This document shows, piece after piece, positions 10,435 through 20,375 of a stretch of DNA of 64,000 nucleotides. The stretch is from Candidatus Hydrogenedentota bacterium. Lineage in GTDB: Bacteria; Hydrogenedentota; Hydrogenedentia; Hydrogenedentales; SLHB01. Location of the stretch: the NCBI GenBank assembly GCA_963668025.2, contig CAXXTH010000010.1, positions 608,001 through 672,000 of the forward strand, in the 5' to 3' direction. A program made the position numbers and the translations under genes. The stretch's first letter is position 1. Each line of letters starts with the position of its first letter. The notes under the pieces are model-generated. The model was not told where the DNA came from and searched no databases. It worked only from the letters and a program-made list of their open reading frames with translations.

Positions 10435-10698
10435 GTAAAAACTCCTTGCATGATTTATGTTGATTAGGCTCACCGTGATGGAATATCGAATCCGTAGCAG
10501 CCGTTCCTATTTCCGGGCGGATGTTCCCTATATATTGTCTGATATGCATGGTTGAAGCAATCTCGGCATTGGCCTACGCCAGGCTTGCCTTATGATGTTG
10601 TTTTGAATACACTGCCGGGCCAACAAGCTGTATCATCGCGCGATATATGGTATATTTATGTAAGGCGCTTTATATAACAAGGGGAAAGTTCCGCCAAA

Positions 10699-11718
10699 AT
10701 GGGCGAAGATCATCTTGAAAAGCATATCGAAGTCAGCCAGCCTGCCATTGTCGAGATGCAAGGTGAGGTTTTTGGGCGGCCGGGAGACCGGTTTCGCACG
10801 AATATCCGTGGGTGGAGCACAGGCGAATATGTATTATTAGATTGGCCCGATGATCCCGCAAAATCCGTATTGATCCGCCGCCATGCACAATATCTCGTCC
10901 GTTTTTTGGCGGATGGCGTTGCATGTGGATTCTTAGCAAGCATTAGTGAGAGTGAGGTGACGCGCCGCTCCCATTTCCGGGTCACTTGGCCTGAACAAGT
11001 CGAAACGGTGCGCTTGCGCCGGCACGAACGCATGAACCTCACAACGCCATGCAGGGCTATTTTTCCTGATGGGGACGAGGTGGAGTGTGAACTAAACGAT
11101 ATTAGCGTAGGCGGATGCCGTTTATCATTCGATAGGCCCGTTGAAGAAGGAATCGAGCTCCGCTTATCTTTCTCGCTTGAACAAGGGCTGTTGATGGCGG
11201 GCATACGTGCGCTGGTTCGCAGTGTATGCGTCAAAGGCGAAATCACGCTGGCCGGATGTGAATTTGCTGGACTCGACGACCGCAGGCGGTATGATATCGA
11301 GTTTTATCTTGCCGCGGCTCAAGGGCATTCCCGCAAGCAAGAACGGAACGCCCCGCACATTTTGATATGTGAGCATGAACTCGAGCATTTGGCGGTCTTT
11401 CGCGAACAATTCGAGCAGAGCGGGCTCAATGTAGCTACCGCCACGAATCTGATCGATGCGTTCTATCTCCTTCGACTATCTCCACCAGACGTATTGGTTT
11501 TGCCCATGCAAATCGATGGCGTTTCCTGGCTGGAGATTTGCCACATCATACGGCAAAACCGCAACTTAAGTGAGCTGGTTATGGTGTTGTGGGTGTCGAA
11601 TGGAAAGATTCCCGATGATGCTTCCTTATCCCAGCTTGTCCAAGGCTGGTTTGTCCGGCTTGATCAGGCCCTCCAAACAGTTCAAGAAGTATTGCCTGAG
11701 ACGGCCAGGGAAACATAA
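10699..11718 (+). CDS. Flagellar-brake-like PilZ protein with C-terminal receiver-like domain
   Basis: RRHER (RxxxR) and DISVGG c-di-GMP motifs; ILICE...PDVLVL REC-like tail. Confidence 0.8.
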   Translation: MGEDHLEKHIEVSQPAIVEMQGEVFGRPGDRFRTNIRGWSTGEYVLLDWPDDPAKSVLIRRHAQYLVRFLADGVACGFLASISESEVTRRSHFRVTWPEQVETVRLRRHERMNLTTPCRAIFPDGDEVECELNDISVGGCRLSFDRPVEEGIELRLSFSLEQGLLMAGIRALVRSVCVKGEITLAGCEFAGLDDRRRYDIEFYLAAAQGHSRKQERNAPHILICEHELEHLAVFREQFEQSGLNVATATNLIDAFYLLRLSPPDVLVLPMQIDGVSWLEICHIIRQNRNLSELVMVLWVSNGKIPDDASLSQLVQGWFVRLDQALQTVQEVLPETARET

Positions 11719-11848
11719 CTATGTTTTGTTTCTGTTCCCAGATACTCTCGCTATCAATTTGCCGAATTGTTGTTTTCTTATGAGGATTTCCCTGAGAAAC
11801 CATTGCATATCAAATAGTTATGTCGGGACTATATAGGCGTATTCCTCC

Positions 11849-11942
11849 AGCGGTGGGGCAAGCCCCACCCTACAAATTTTAGTGTATTTAGTGTATTTGG
11901 TGGTCTCCAAATCCGGATCTTTAGTTGCGGCCATACCGCGTT
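11849..11942. repeat. REP-like palindrome module, copy 1
   Basis: AGCGGTGGGGCAAGCCCCACC identical to 54997-55017; reads GTAG+stem on the minus strand. Confidence 0.7.
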
Positions 11943-11973
11943 GCGTTTTTTATGGTCGAAAAATCCGCGCTGT

Positions 11974-13212
11974 TTACGGCTTCAAATTGAGGTTGTACAG
12001 CGCAATTGGGTTGTCCCAGAACCATTGCTTCACGATATCCAGCGCCTGCGACTCATTCATGCCGCCCTGCTCGATGCGCCGCGCAAGCACCCGCGCCACA
12101 TCTTCGCGCGCCATAACCAGGTGGCCGTAGACCTTCTCGACGGGCAGGCCGTAATCGCCGCCGAAGGCGATGATCTTGTTCATCGGGATCAGGTCGAGCA
12201 GTTCATCCAGGGCGATTTGGACGAACCGCTGCGAGATGATATGCGTCCAGCATAGGTTAAGCCATACGTTCGGGAATCCCTTGGCCAGCATGATGCATTC
12301 ACGCATCCAGGGATAGCCGAGGTGATATATGTCGAACCGGACCTTGGGGTGGCGTTGGAGGATGGGTATCATATGGAGCGGATCTAGGGTGCGGAAATCG
12401 CCCCAATAGCCCGTATGCACCGCCACCACCAGATTTTCCTCGCCCGCCAACCGGATGAGTTCATCCACCACGTAATCCCGCAGCGGATTCGGCTGCGGCA
12501 AGCGTTCGAGTTCGCCGGAGAGCAAGCGGTTGAAGATGGCGGCAGCCTCTTCGCGGCTGGCGCTCGTGAAGGGATTCGAGAACAGCTTCAATCCGACGGT
12601 GCCCTCGGCTTTCACCCGCAGCACATACGCTTTGGCGGCATTCAGATATTCATCCAGTGTTCGAGGGGACGTGCCCGGCGCAAATGGAGAGCTCGAAATC
12701 TCCGCGCCCGTTTCCATGCTATACGCCAGCGGCATCACGGGCGTCAGCAGATCCGTATCGCCCAAATCCGTGCGGCCGCATTGCGTGAGCGCGGTGCGGA
12801 TGCGGCAGGCCTTGCGCAGCACCCGTTCGTAGATGCCGGGCGTGTTGGCGGCCTGCATGGCTGCGGAGATCTCCGCATAATTGGTGTCGTCGATGAATGG
12901 CGCGTCGTAGAAGCGTTCCGCCGCGAGCAAGGCGGCGCGCGCGTAACATCCATGCTGAATGCGCTCCCAATAGGGGGCGAATGTGCGCCAGCGCGTATCG
13001 AGGGGTATCGAGCGGTCGAAGAGGCTCTCGTACTCCTGTGCGCTCATACCAGCGACTTCCAAGTCACCGCGCGTGTATTGCGAAAAGAGCGTGAATACAT
13101 CCACCGGCTCCGCCACGCGCACCGCCTCAGGCCCTAAGTGCTCATGGGCGTCAATGATGTCCATCGCCTCGATGGCCCGCACCAGGTTTCGCTCTAGATC
13201 ATTCAGCTTCAT
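11974..13212 (-). CDS. Amidohydrolase family protein
   Basis: IIDAHEH, VHTG, H-LGYP, FGGD metal-binding motifs. Confidence 0.88.
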   Translation of the reverse strand: MKLNDLERNLVRAIEAMDIIDAHEHLGPEAVRVAEPVDVFTLFSQYTRGDLEVAGMSAQEYESLFDRSIPLDTRWRTFAPYWERIQHGCYARAALLAAERFYDAPFIDDTNYAEISAAMQAANTPGIYERVLRKACRIRTALTQCGRTDLGDTDLLTPVMPLAYSMETGAEISSSPFAPGTSPRTLDEYLNAAKAYVLRVKAEGTVGLKLFSNPFTSASREEAAAIFNRLLSGELERLPQPNPLRDYVVDELIRLAGEENLVVAVHTGYWGDFRTLDPLHMIPILQRHPKVRFDIYHLGYPWMRECIMLAKGFPNVWLNLCWTHIISQRFVQIALDELLDLIPMNKIIAFGGDYGLPVEKVYGHLVMAREDVARVLARRIEQGGMNESQALDIVKQWFWDNPIALYNLNLKP

Positions 13213-13236
13213 GGAAATCTCCTGTTTCCGCCTGCT

Positions 13237-13413
13237 TCAACTTGCCTCCCAGAATTTCGACGAACTGCCGCCTTTGGCCACTTGGACCGTGAATGGCCTT
13301 GCGCATTTCGGGCACGCGCCTTTAAACGCCGTGCCGTCTTTGTTGAGGTAAACGCGCGTATAGACGTTGCAGCATTTGAACATCACATTCAAATAGGGGC
13401 GCGGCGCTTTCAT
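13237..13413 (-). CDS. Small Cys-rich putative zinc-binding protein (58 aa)
   Basis: Manual translation MKAPRPYLNVMFKCCNVYTRVYLNKDGTAFKGACPKCARPFTVQVAKGGSSSKFWEAS; ATGA overlap with upstream gene. Confidence 0.75.
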   Translation of the reverse strand: MKAPRPYLNVMFKCCNVYTRVYLNKDGTAFKGACPKCARPFTVQVAKGGSSSKFWEAS

Positions 13414-13562
13414 TTCGGAATTTTCTTTTCTTTGGCGGATGCCGCCTCTTTTTTGGCTTTAGGCTTAGGGGCCATGCTCTCGAACAAGCTCCAGCCGTAA
13501 TAGACTCCACCCGCTACAACAAATGCAAATAAGATTGAAATACCCAGCAGCATGCGGTTCAT
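13410..13562 (-). CDS. Small single-TM protein (50 aa)
   Basis: MNRMLLGISILFAFVVAGGVYYGWSLFESMAPKPKAKKEAASAKEKKIPK; ATGA overlaps at both ends. Confidence 0.62.
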   Translation of the reverse strand: MNRMLLGISILFAFVVAGGVYYGWSLFESMAPKPKAKKEAASAKEKKIPK

Positions 13563-14521
13563 GGCGATTCCTTCTTGTTGTTCCCGTCTTCGTCCAGCGC
13601 TTCGAATCGGGGCACCAGCGGCGATACCGGACGAACCGGTTGCGGACTGGGCGGCTCCATCGTAGCAGGTTCAGGCTTGGAAGCCGCTTCCGCGCGTTTC
13701 TCTTCAAGCAGCGCCTTCAAGGTCTCAATCTGTCCCCGCATCTGCTCGATGCGTTCTTGCAGCGCCGAATTGGAGTTCCGCAAACTCTCATATCGCTTTA
13801 GCATATCCTCATGTGATTGCAGGACTTTTGCAAGGGCTTCCTCTTGCTTGCTCAGCGGGATCTCGTTGGAAGCGGGCGTTTCCGGCGGCGTTGGGGTGGG
13901 GGAGGCCTCGGGCGTAGGAGCCGATGCTGTTTCTGGTTTCTTGATGATAACCGCAACAGGCGCTTTAGCAGGCTCCGGCGTTTCCTCGGGGGCGATTTCC
14001 ACACTCAGGCAGTCAAACCACACTGTCCCCTGGCCCTTGAGCACGCAGCGCACCATGATGTAATCCGTCTGCTCCGGCGCATCAAGCCGCATCTCGACAG
14101 GCTCCCAGTCGCTCGTGCCATACCGGGGCGTATCCGTGCTTGTCGTGGCGAAACCCGCCACGCTCCAAGGCGCGCGATGAATACACTGCACCCAAATGGC
14201 TGCTTCCGTGGCGTCTTTGGTCCGGATATACCCGCGAATCAGCAGTGTTTTTTTCGCCACTTGGGCGATGATGCTCTGGCTCCAATTGTTAATAGGCTCG
14301 TTCTCGTAGGGCTGCGGATTGTGCAGTTTCACGCAGAAACGCCCCTCCTGGGGCGCTTCTTCACTGAGTACGCCCTCCGCGCCGGGCATCGGCATGACAA
14401 AGGCGTTCCAGCGTGCAGGAACGGTTCCATCGAGCTGCTCGAAGCCCGGATTGGCCAGCAGATTCCGCGCCCCGCTGGGAAGCGAAAAGGAAAATAGTGC
14501 AAGTATGATTACGCGCCACAT
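13559..14521 (-). CDS. Secreted CBM-like (galactose-binding fold) protein with Pro-rich linker and coiled coil
   Basis: Signal peptide, NLLANPGFE...GTVWFD motif pair. Confidence 0.7.
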   Translation of the reverse strand: MWRVIILALFSFSLPSGARNLLANPGFEQLDGTVPARWNAFVMPMPGAEGVLSEEAPQEGRFCVKLHNPQPYENEPINNWSQSIIAQVAKKTLLIRGYIRTKDATEAAIWVQCIHRAPWSVAGFATTSTDTPRYGTSDWEPVEMRLDAPEQTDYIMVRCVLKGQGTVWFDCLSVEIAPEETPEPAKAPVAVIIKKPETASAPTPEASPTPTPPETPASNEIPLSKQEEALAKVLQSHEDMLKRYESLRNSNSALQERIEQMRGQIETLKALLEEKRAEAASKPEPATMEPPSPQPVRPVSPLVPRFEALDEDGNNKKESP

Positions 14522-14626
14522 GTAACGAGTCTACCAAGCGCCTTCGCCCCGATCAAAAGGAAGGAGGATGTTTCAAAGCATCCAAAGCGGCAGCTTGCCG
14601 CCGCTTTCATGTCCTTGCTTATGTAG

Positions 14627-17600
14627 CTAATACGTGCATACCACGCGGAATGGTTCTCCCGCTGTTTGAACCGTTACCACGCCATTCGCCGCCGATACCG
14701 TCTTGCCGTTTATAGATGTTTTACTGGGAAGCTTCCCCGAGGGATGCCGGAACACGATGCGCATCTCTACTTGCCCGGCGGGGGGGGTGATATCCGCCGT
14801 GATGGTGTTTTCGGTGGCCGTGGTGCGGAGCCCCATTTTACCAAAATAGGTTGGGGCGTCTTCCACCTTGATGGATTGTCCTGCGGCGAACCACCGCCTG
14901 GGGCATCCGCGCAGCAGCCACAACACATCCGGCTCCTGATCATCAATCACCATGCGGCGGAGCATATCGAGCAGGCGTCCGTTGCCCGATGCGTTGGGCT
15001 GGAAGGGCGAAAAGTTGGCGTCGCTGATGTGAATGCGTTCCACGGTCTGGTAGCAATCTTGCGAGAGGCCATAGGCCATGTTCGAGTAGAAAATGAGTAG
15101 CGCTTTTTCGATTTCGCCCCGGGCCAGGAAGTTTTGAAAATAGCCCCGTTCCGATAAATTGACATACCAGAATGGATTGCGCCTGCCCAATTCCTCTGGT
15201 TCATCCATGCGGTTGGTTAGGCCGATCAACGTGCCCCAGGTCTGCTGCAAATAAGAGAACATATCGTCAAAACGTTTGTCCGTTTGCGCGTCTAGGAGTC
15301 CGGTCGCGAACATGCAGGCTGGCCCGTCCGCCCACCACAGCCCGCCTTTTTCGCCTTCCTGCGTGGATACGAGATTCGGCACGAAACGCAATCCCGTCGC
15401 GGCGTCCACATACTCGGCCTTATGGACGGCGTCGAGCAGGCATTCGCGGTATTCGTCCGCTTCTTTCCGGAGGCGTTCCGCATCCGGGAGTCCCGCGGAT
15501 TGAAATGCCGCAGCCATCTCATCCATGCCTTTCCATGTAAAGACATCCGAGAAGAAGAAATATGACCATCCATTCCAATCATGTACCCGCCCTTTGGGCA
15601 GGAGCCCGTAATAGGCCGCCTTTTCGCCCGTATCGGTGAAGCGCCGCGTGCGCGCGCGTTCCGCCTGGATCCAATCCCAGGCCGACAGCATGCTGTCCCG
15701 GTTCTCCACCAACCATGCGGCATCTTGCGAATAGCGATATTTGGCGGCCATGGCCCACAATACGGAGCCGGTCTCGCATGTCCAGCGCAGCAGGAAGTTT
15801 CCCGAGTAGCAGCCGTAGGCGGACTTGGTTTCGCCTTCTGGCTTGCGCCCTGGCTCGGCGTATGGGCCTATGCCCGTTTGGCGTTCCGTGAAAAATTTAT
15901 AGGTGGGTTCGAGTTCCTGATGAAATCCAAGCGCGCACATGGGCGCGAGCATATGGGCGCATTCCCACGGCCACACGCCTTCCCATATGGGCGACTGATA
16001 GGGCTCATGCCATGGGCAATCGGGATTCTTTCGAAGGTTTCCGAGGCAGGAGAGAATCAACTGCCGGTAGACATCATTTAGCCGGGGTTCAGGGGTCTCC
16101 AGCTTCATGCCGGGCTCGAGCCCCTTGTCCCAGTACGCCTCCGCGCGCGCCAGCGCGGCGTCAAACGAGGTTTCGCGCATCAGGGCGGTTTCTTCCGCTG
16201 GGTATAGCTCGGGGGAACCCACCGCCACGAGGTCGAGTGTGGTGGTGGCGTTCGGCGGCAGGTCAAACTCGAACCGCAGTACATTTTTCAGTGTTTCCGG
16301 CATCAGGGGCTCGGTGGCGTGGGTGGCGAAGTCCGAGACAAAATCGACCGCGGCCTCGGCGCTGGTGTGATATGCCAAAAACGGCTTGCCATCGAGCAGC
16401 ACGGCATTTTGCCCCAGCGTTACGGGCATGCTGGGCTCCATCCATCGCGAGGCCGAAGCTAGGAAGGGCTGGTAGTTGGTGTTCTGCATATCCTGCATCC
16501 GGCCCATCAGCACATAAAGCGGCACTTTGCGCGATTCGGCGGAGGTGTTGCGCAGCGACATCCGCACCACCGTATATTGCGGCTCCTTTCCGGAGACTAC
16601 TTCCGCGTCCCGGGGGAGGATCGTGAAAGCCGTCTGGTTCACTTCGCAGGAATCCATCACCCACTGGCTCTCGACGATGGGTTGATACCCGTTGTGAAGC
16701 TTGCGCGTGACGGCGTACATATCGGGAAGCTGGAAAGGACTGCCGCAGGCGAATCCTATGCCGTACGCGTCGCAGGCCCGCCCCAACGCGATGGACATAT
16801 CCGGGTGGACATACACCACATCCGAGGAATAACGCGCTTCGATGGGCACGCGCTGCGACATGGGCGCGGCCATTCCCCCGAGTTCATCCCATCCCACTTC
16901 TAGGTGCTGTGTGGCCACCCCATCCAGCGTGGGGCCTTGCAGGAGCCGCTCCCATGCCTGCTCATACGCTGGAACCGCTTTTTTCTGGGACTGGGTATTG
17001 CGCGCCAAGGCTTTCTCATCTTCCCTCGCGGCCAGTCGAACGAGATCAAAACCAGGCATGTCAATCGCGTTCGACAATGTGAGGCTGTCGATGGCGGCAT
17101 CCGCCTCGTGGCCGTCCATCACTCCCAGCCAGCGCGTTACGCAAGGAAGCGAACCCACGTGGAACACCTTGGCCTCGCCTGGCATCTCAGCCGTGCTGTA
17201 GATGCGGTGGCGCAGTTGGCCGTCAATATACAGCGCGCGGCACTTCGAGGACTGCTCCCAGCATACCGTCACACGATGCCACTCGTTGGCGCGCCAATCC
17301 ACCTGGGCGGATAGGCCGCCAAGCGCGCCGTCTCCGCCGAAATAGACATGCCCCTTGTTGTTCCGGGACAGAAATCCCAATACTGTCCGGTTTTCTTTGC
17401 CCGGATCATGGTCTATGCCCCAAAAGAAACAGTCGTCCGATGGCTGCGCGCTGTCCCAGTTCGGGCGAATCCACATATCCAGCGTTCCGGCCTTCGGGTC
17501 AAAATGGCCTTCGGCGGGATAGGACAATAGAGCGCCCTTCATGAACAGGCCCGAATTCCCCTCTTTTCCGGGAGCGAGCAACACCGCGCTGGCGGTGGTG

Positions 17601-17824
17601 GGTTCTTCCACACTGTTGGCCTTCAGGCCTTCTTCAAATGAAAGCGTGAACATGTCTTTCTCCTTTTGGGCATGAGCATACCCACAGCTCACGAAAAAAC
17701 TGGCGGTTATGAGCATATGTATGCATATGGCCAAGACATGGCTACTGGGATTGGGCTGGCCGGTTCTTACAAGGATGTTCATGATATGGTTCCTTTCCCA
17801 TAGATTACACATATGCACAGACAA
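14627..17824 (-). CDS. LamG-like domain + six-hairpin glycosidase-like protein
   Basis: GTLDMWIRP/WHRVTVCW/LYIDG LamG motifs; C-terminal APTYFG motif; true start may be downstream. Confidence 0.7.
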   Translation of the reverse strand: MSVHMCNLWERNHIMNILVRTGQPNPSSHVLAICIHMLITASFFVSCGYAHAQKEKDMFTLSFEEGLKANSVEEPTTASAVLLAPGKEGNSGLFMKGALLSYPAEGHFDPKAGTLDMWIRPNWDSAQPSDDCFFWGIDHDPGKENRTVLGFLSRNNKGHVYFGGDGALGGLSAQVDWRANEWHRVTVCWEQSSKCRALYIDGQLRHRIYSTAEMPGEAKVFHVGSLPCVTRWLGVMDGHEADAAIDSLTLSNAIDMPGFDLVRLAAREDEKALARNTQSQKKAVPAYEQAWERLLQGPTLDGVATQHLEVGWDELGGMAAPMSQRVPIEARYSSDVVYVHPDMSIALGRACDAYGIGFACGSPFQLPDMYAVTRKLHNGYQPIVESQWVMDSCEVNQTAFTILPRDAEVVSGKEPQYTVVRMSLRNTSAESRKVPLYVLMGRMQDMQNTNYQPFLASASRWMEPSMPVTLGQNAVLLDGKPFLAYHTSAEAAVDFVSDFATHATEPLMPETLKNVLRFEFDLPPNATTTLDLVAVGSPELYPAEETALMRETSFDAALARAEAYWDKGLEPGMKLETPEPRLNDVYRQLILSCLGNLRKNPDCPWHEPYQSPIWEGVWPWECAHMLAPMCALGFHQELEPTYKFFTERQTGIGPYAEPGRKPEGETKSAYGCYSGNFLLRWTCETGSVLWAMAAKYRYSQDAAWLVENRDSMLSAWDWIQAERARTRRFTDTGEKAAYYGLLPKGRVHDWNGWSYFFFSDVFTWKGMDEMAAAFQSAGLPDAERLRKEADEYRECLLDAVHKAEYVDAATGLRFVPNLVSTQEGEKGGLWWADGPACMFATGLLDAQTDKRFDDMFSYLQQTWGTLIGLTNRMDEPEELGRRNPFWYVNLSERGYFQNFLARGEIEKALLIFYSNMAYGLSQDCYQTVERIHISDANFSPFQPNASGNGRLLDMLRRMVIDDQEPDVLWLLRGCPRRWFAAGQSIKVEDAPTYFGKMGLRTTATENTITADITPPAGQVEMRIVFRHPSGKLPSKTSINGKTVSAANGVVTVQTAGEPFRVVCTY

Positions 17825-17834
17825 TGGCCGTGAG

Positions 17835-18148
17835 CGGCTAACGTGTTCTCCTTCTATTATGAAATCCGCGACACTTTAGCGGACTGAAGCGAGAGCTACT
17901 TTTTTTAGACATGATTAACAAGATGAACAAGATTGGACAAGATCGCCAGGATTATGTATAGATTTAAAAGTTAATCTATGAAGTGTCCGGCCGCGTTCTT
18001 TTGTGTAGCAAAATTGCCATCAAAAAAATCTTGTCTCATCTTGTAAATCATGTCTAAAAATAAAAACCTCCATCATAGGCGGTTTATTATGTATTCTCAG
18101 TTCAAAAAATGTCCCGATGCTTTTACTTCAGTCGGCTAACGTGTTCTC
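17835..18148. repeat. Nested inverted/direct repeats (MITE-like intergenic structure)
   Basis: 16-bp direct repeat CGGCTAACGTGTTCTC at 17835 and 18133; IR pairs 17876-17889/18126-18139 and 17902-17934/18027-18060. Confidence 0.6.
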
Positions 18149-18159
18149 AAATCCGAATA

Positions 18160-19800
18160 TTAAGTTTTGCGCACCCAGACCGGGCTGGACCATGCCATTT
18201 CGCCATCCTGCCGCGTGACGCGCACATAATAGGAATCGGTCTCGCTGCCTGCGTTTATTTCAAATTCGCACCGGCATTCACAATCCCCTACATCCCGGCT
18301 GGCATAATCTTCGCCGTTTTTAACCAGTTCCACCGATGCCACGGGAATTTCGCTGGCGGCCATTACGCTGGCTGTAAGGGGACCATCGCCCCGCACTTCG
18401 CCGCCCATGGGCTGCCCCGCTATCTCGAACCGGAGCAGGATGCGCGCTCCGGTCGTGGCGTAGACACGCCGGTTCCACAACGCGTCGAAGACAGCGTGGC
18501 GGGCCAGCTTCGGACACCATACCGCCAACAGCCCGCCCGGCTGCACACTGCGGTACATGAGCGGTTCGGCCTGCCAATGGCTGATCACATTGCCCGGTCG
18601 GCCATCATGCACATCGCCCGAGCCGATGAATCCGTATCGGCGGCCCAAGCGCATGGCGTCGCAGATATGCTGTCCCATCCGTTCGCCGCCCATGTCTGCA
18701 TGGATAGGCCGTGGATTGCCTGCTTCTCCTGGCCGTTCACTGCTGCCCCAGCAGGAATAGATCTCCACGAGCCGCTCCAGCTCCGGGTCATGGCCAAGTT
18801 CCCAGTTCACCCCCATATCCGCGCTTGCCGAGTGGTGGGGAATAACCAGCGCGCCATGTTTCCTCGCGAACGCATACATCGCATCTATCTGCTCGTATTG
18901 GGGATCGGTCGCCCGGATCCGGGGCGCTTTCGAGTTCCGGTGGTATAAGTTCCTGTGGCCATACCGGCTCGTCCACTCTTGCGCCACCAGCGTCGCGAAC
19001 CGTCCTGGCGCATTGAAATCATTCGTGACCGCCGTCAGGTAATCCCACTGCCGGTCAGTCAAGTAAACTTCGGCGTGGTCAGACAGCGCACAGATGTCGA
19101 GAAAGGCCTCATCGCGCGCGAAGTAATAATATTCTTCCGGGCTACGAATGGCGTCCGTCAAGATGGTGTGGCCGTGGATGTCCCCCCAGTATAAACGCAG
19201 TTCAGGCGCGCCCGTGCTAACTTCGATGGGATTGCTTCTGGCCGCCACGCCGGTCTCGGGATCCGTGAGCGTGACGAAATGGATGCCTGGCGTGTTGAAT
19301 TGCATCGGCCCGATGCGGCGGATGGGACGCGAATCGTGCGGGTACGGGCCTTTGCCATCCGCGAACGAGACTTCCGCTGGCCCCATATATCCTTCACTAC
19401 TCGTGATTAGCAGCTTGCCCCGCCAGTCCGGCGGCACATTGTCCATGTACGAAATACCGCGTGGGGAAAGATTCGTACTGCTGGATACAGTAGGGTAATC
19501 TGTCGTGAAACAAAACAAAGGCGCGGTGTAAGGAGTTGATAATACCCGCACGCCTATCCGGAACTCTTCTCCCACGGCCACTGTGCTCGGGGCCGCCAGG
19601 AATAGGCCCACTACATCGCGAGAGGGTTCATAGGACCGAACCAGTTTGCCCTCCGGCCGATTTTTTGTCCAAGGGTGTTGATTCGCATCTTGGGATCGAG
19701 AGGCCTCCTGGGGTGTTTCCGCACATGCAATGCCCGCCCCAAGGCCAGCCAGCGCTCCTCCCCCCAGCAACATAAATCGCCGCCTATCTATCGTGTCCAT
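18160..19800 (-). CDS. Tat-exported PHP-like metallohydrolase (DUF3604/CehA-McbA-like)
   Basis: IDRRRFML Tat signal; YWGDIHGHT, SDH, EWT, GSGDVH, AWSSPVW. Confidence 0.82.
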   Translation of the reverse strand: MDTIDRRRFMLLGGGALAGLGAGIACAETPQEASRSQDANQHPWTKNRPEGKLVRSYEPSRDVVGLFLAAPSTVAVGEEFRIGVRVLSTPYTAPLFCFTTDYPTVSSSTNLSPRGISYMDNVPPDWRGKLLITSSEGYMGPAEVSFADGKGPYPHDSRPIRRIGPMQFNTPGIHFVTLTDPETGVAARSNPIEVSTGAPELRLYWGDIHGHTILTDAIRSPEEYYYFARDEAFLDICALSDHAEVYLTDRQWDYLTAVTNDFNAPGRFATLVAQEWTSRYGHRNLYHRNSKAPRIRATDPQYEQIDAMYAFARKHGALVIPHHSASADMGVNWELGHDPELERLVEIYSCWGSSERPGEAGNPRPIHADMGGERMGQHICDAMRLGRRYGFIGSGDVHDGRPGNVISHWQAEPLMYRSVQPGGLLAVWCPKLARHAVFDALWNRRVYATTGARILLRFEIAGQPMGGEVRGDGPLTASVMAASEIPVASVELVKNGEDYASRDVGDCECRCEFEINAGSETDSYYVRVTRQDGEMAWSSPVWVRKT

Positions 19801-20283
19801 AAAAGGCCCCCTTTATTTCACGCGTCGAAAACTCCCTGCGCCATTTATTTGCCCTGTTTTGTATGTCGCACGATATCTGTAGTTTGTTCCTGTTCAGATT
19901 GAGAGGTATTGTGTATTGTGTACGGAGAAATAGTCAATTTTCCCATTTATTCCCTAGTGGTTCATCTCATCTGGTTTTAACAAATCACAGGAACCCCCGG
20001 CCTCGTGAATAGGGGCGTTCATGACATAGAGTTGCGTATCGTCCCGTATTTTCATGCCATTTCGCAGCTCTTGTTTTCATGTTTCTTTCCCCGCCGCCCG
20101 ATGTTCTTCATTATGGAAAGCCGCTATGCGTCCAAGCTTCATGTGTTCACGAAGCATTTATTGCATCCCATCAGGATTCGTCCATTAACGGAAAGAGAGG
20201 AGTGATTCGCGATGCGTAAAGTCGAATATATTCTATTGTAAAATAAATTCCAATATATAATTTACGACAGTAAAAATTACATA

Positions 20284-20312
20284 TTGACAAATGTCAAATA
20301 CTCGGATATAAT
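20284..20312 (+). promoter_or_regulatory. Consensus sigma70 promoter
   Basis: TTGACA-N17-TATAAT upstream of the DUF1559 gene. Confidence 0.85.
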
Positions 20313-20375
20313 GATTGCTAGACCATTCAGATTCATTTTGAAAACCGGCGCACGAAACCAAAAGGGTTATATCGT

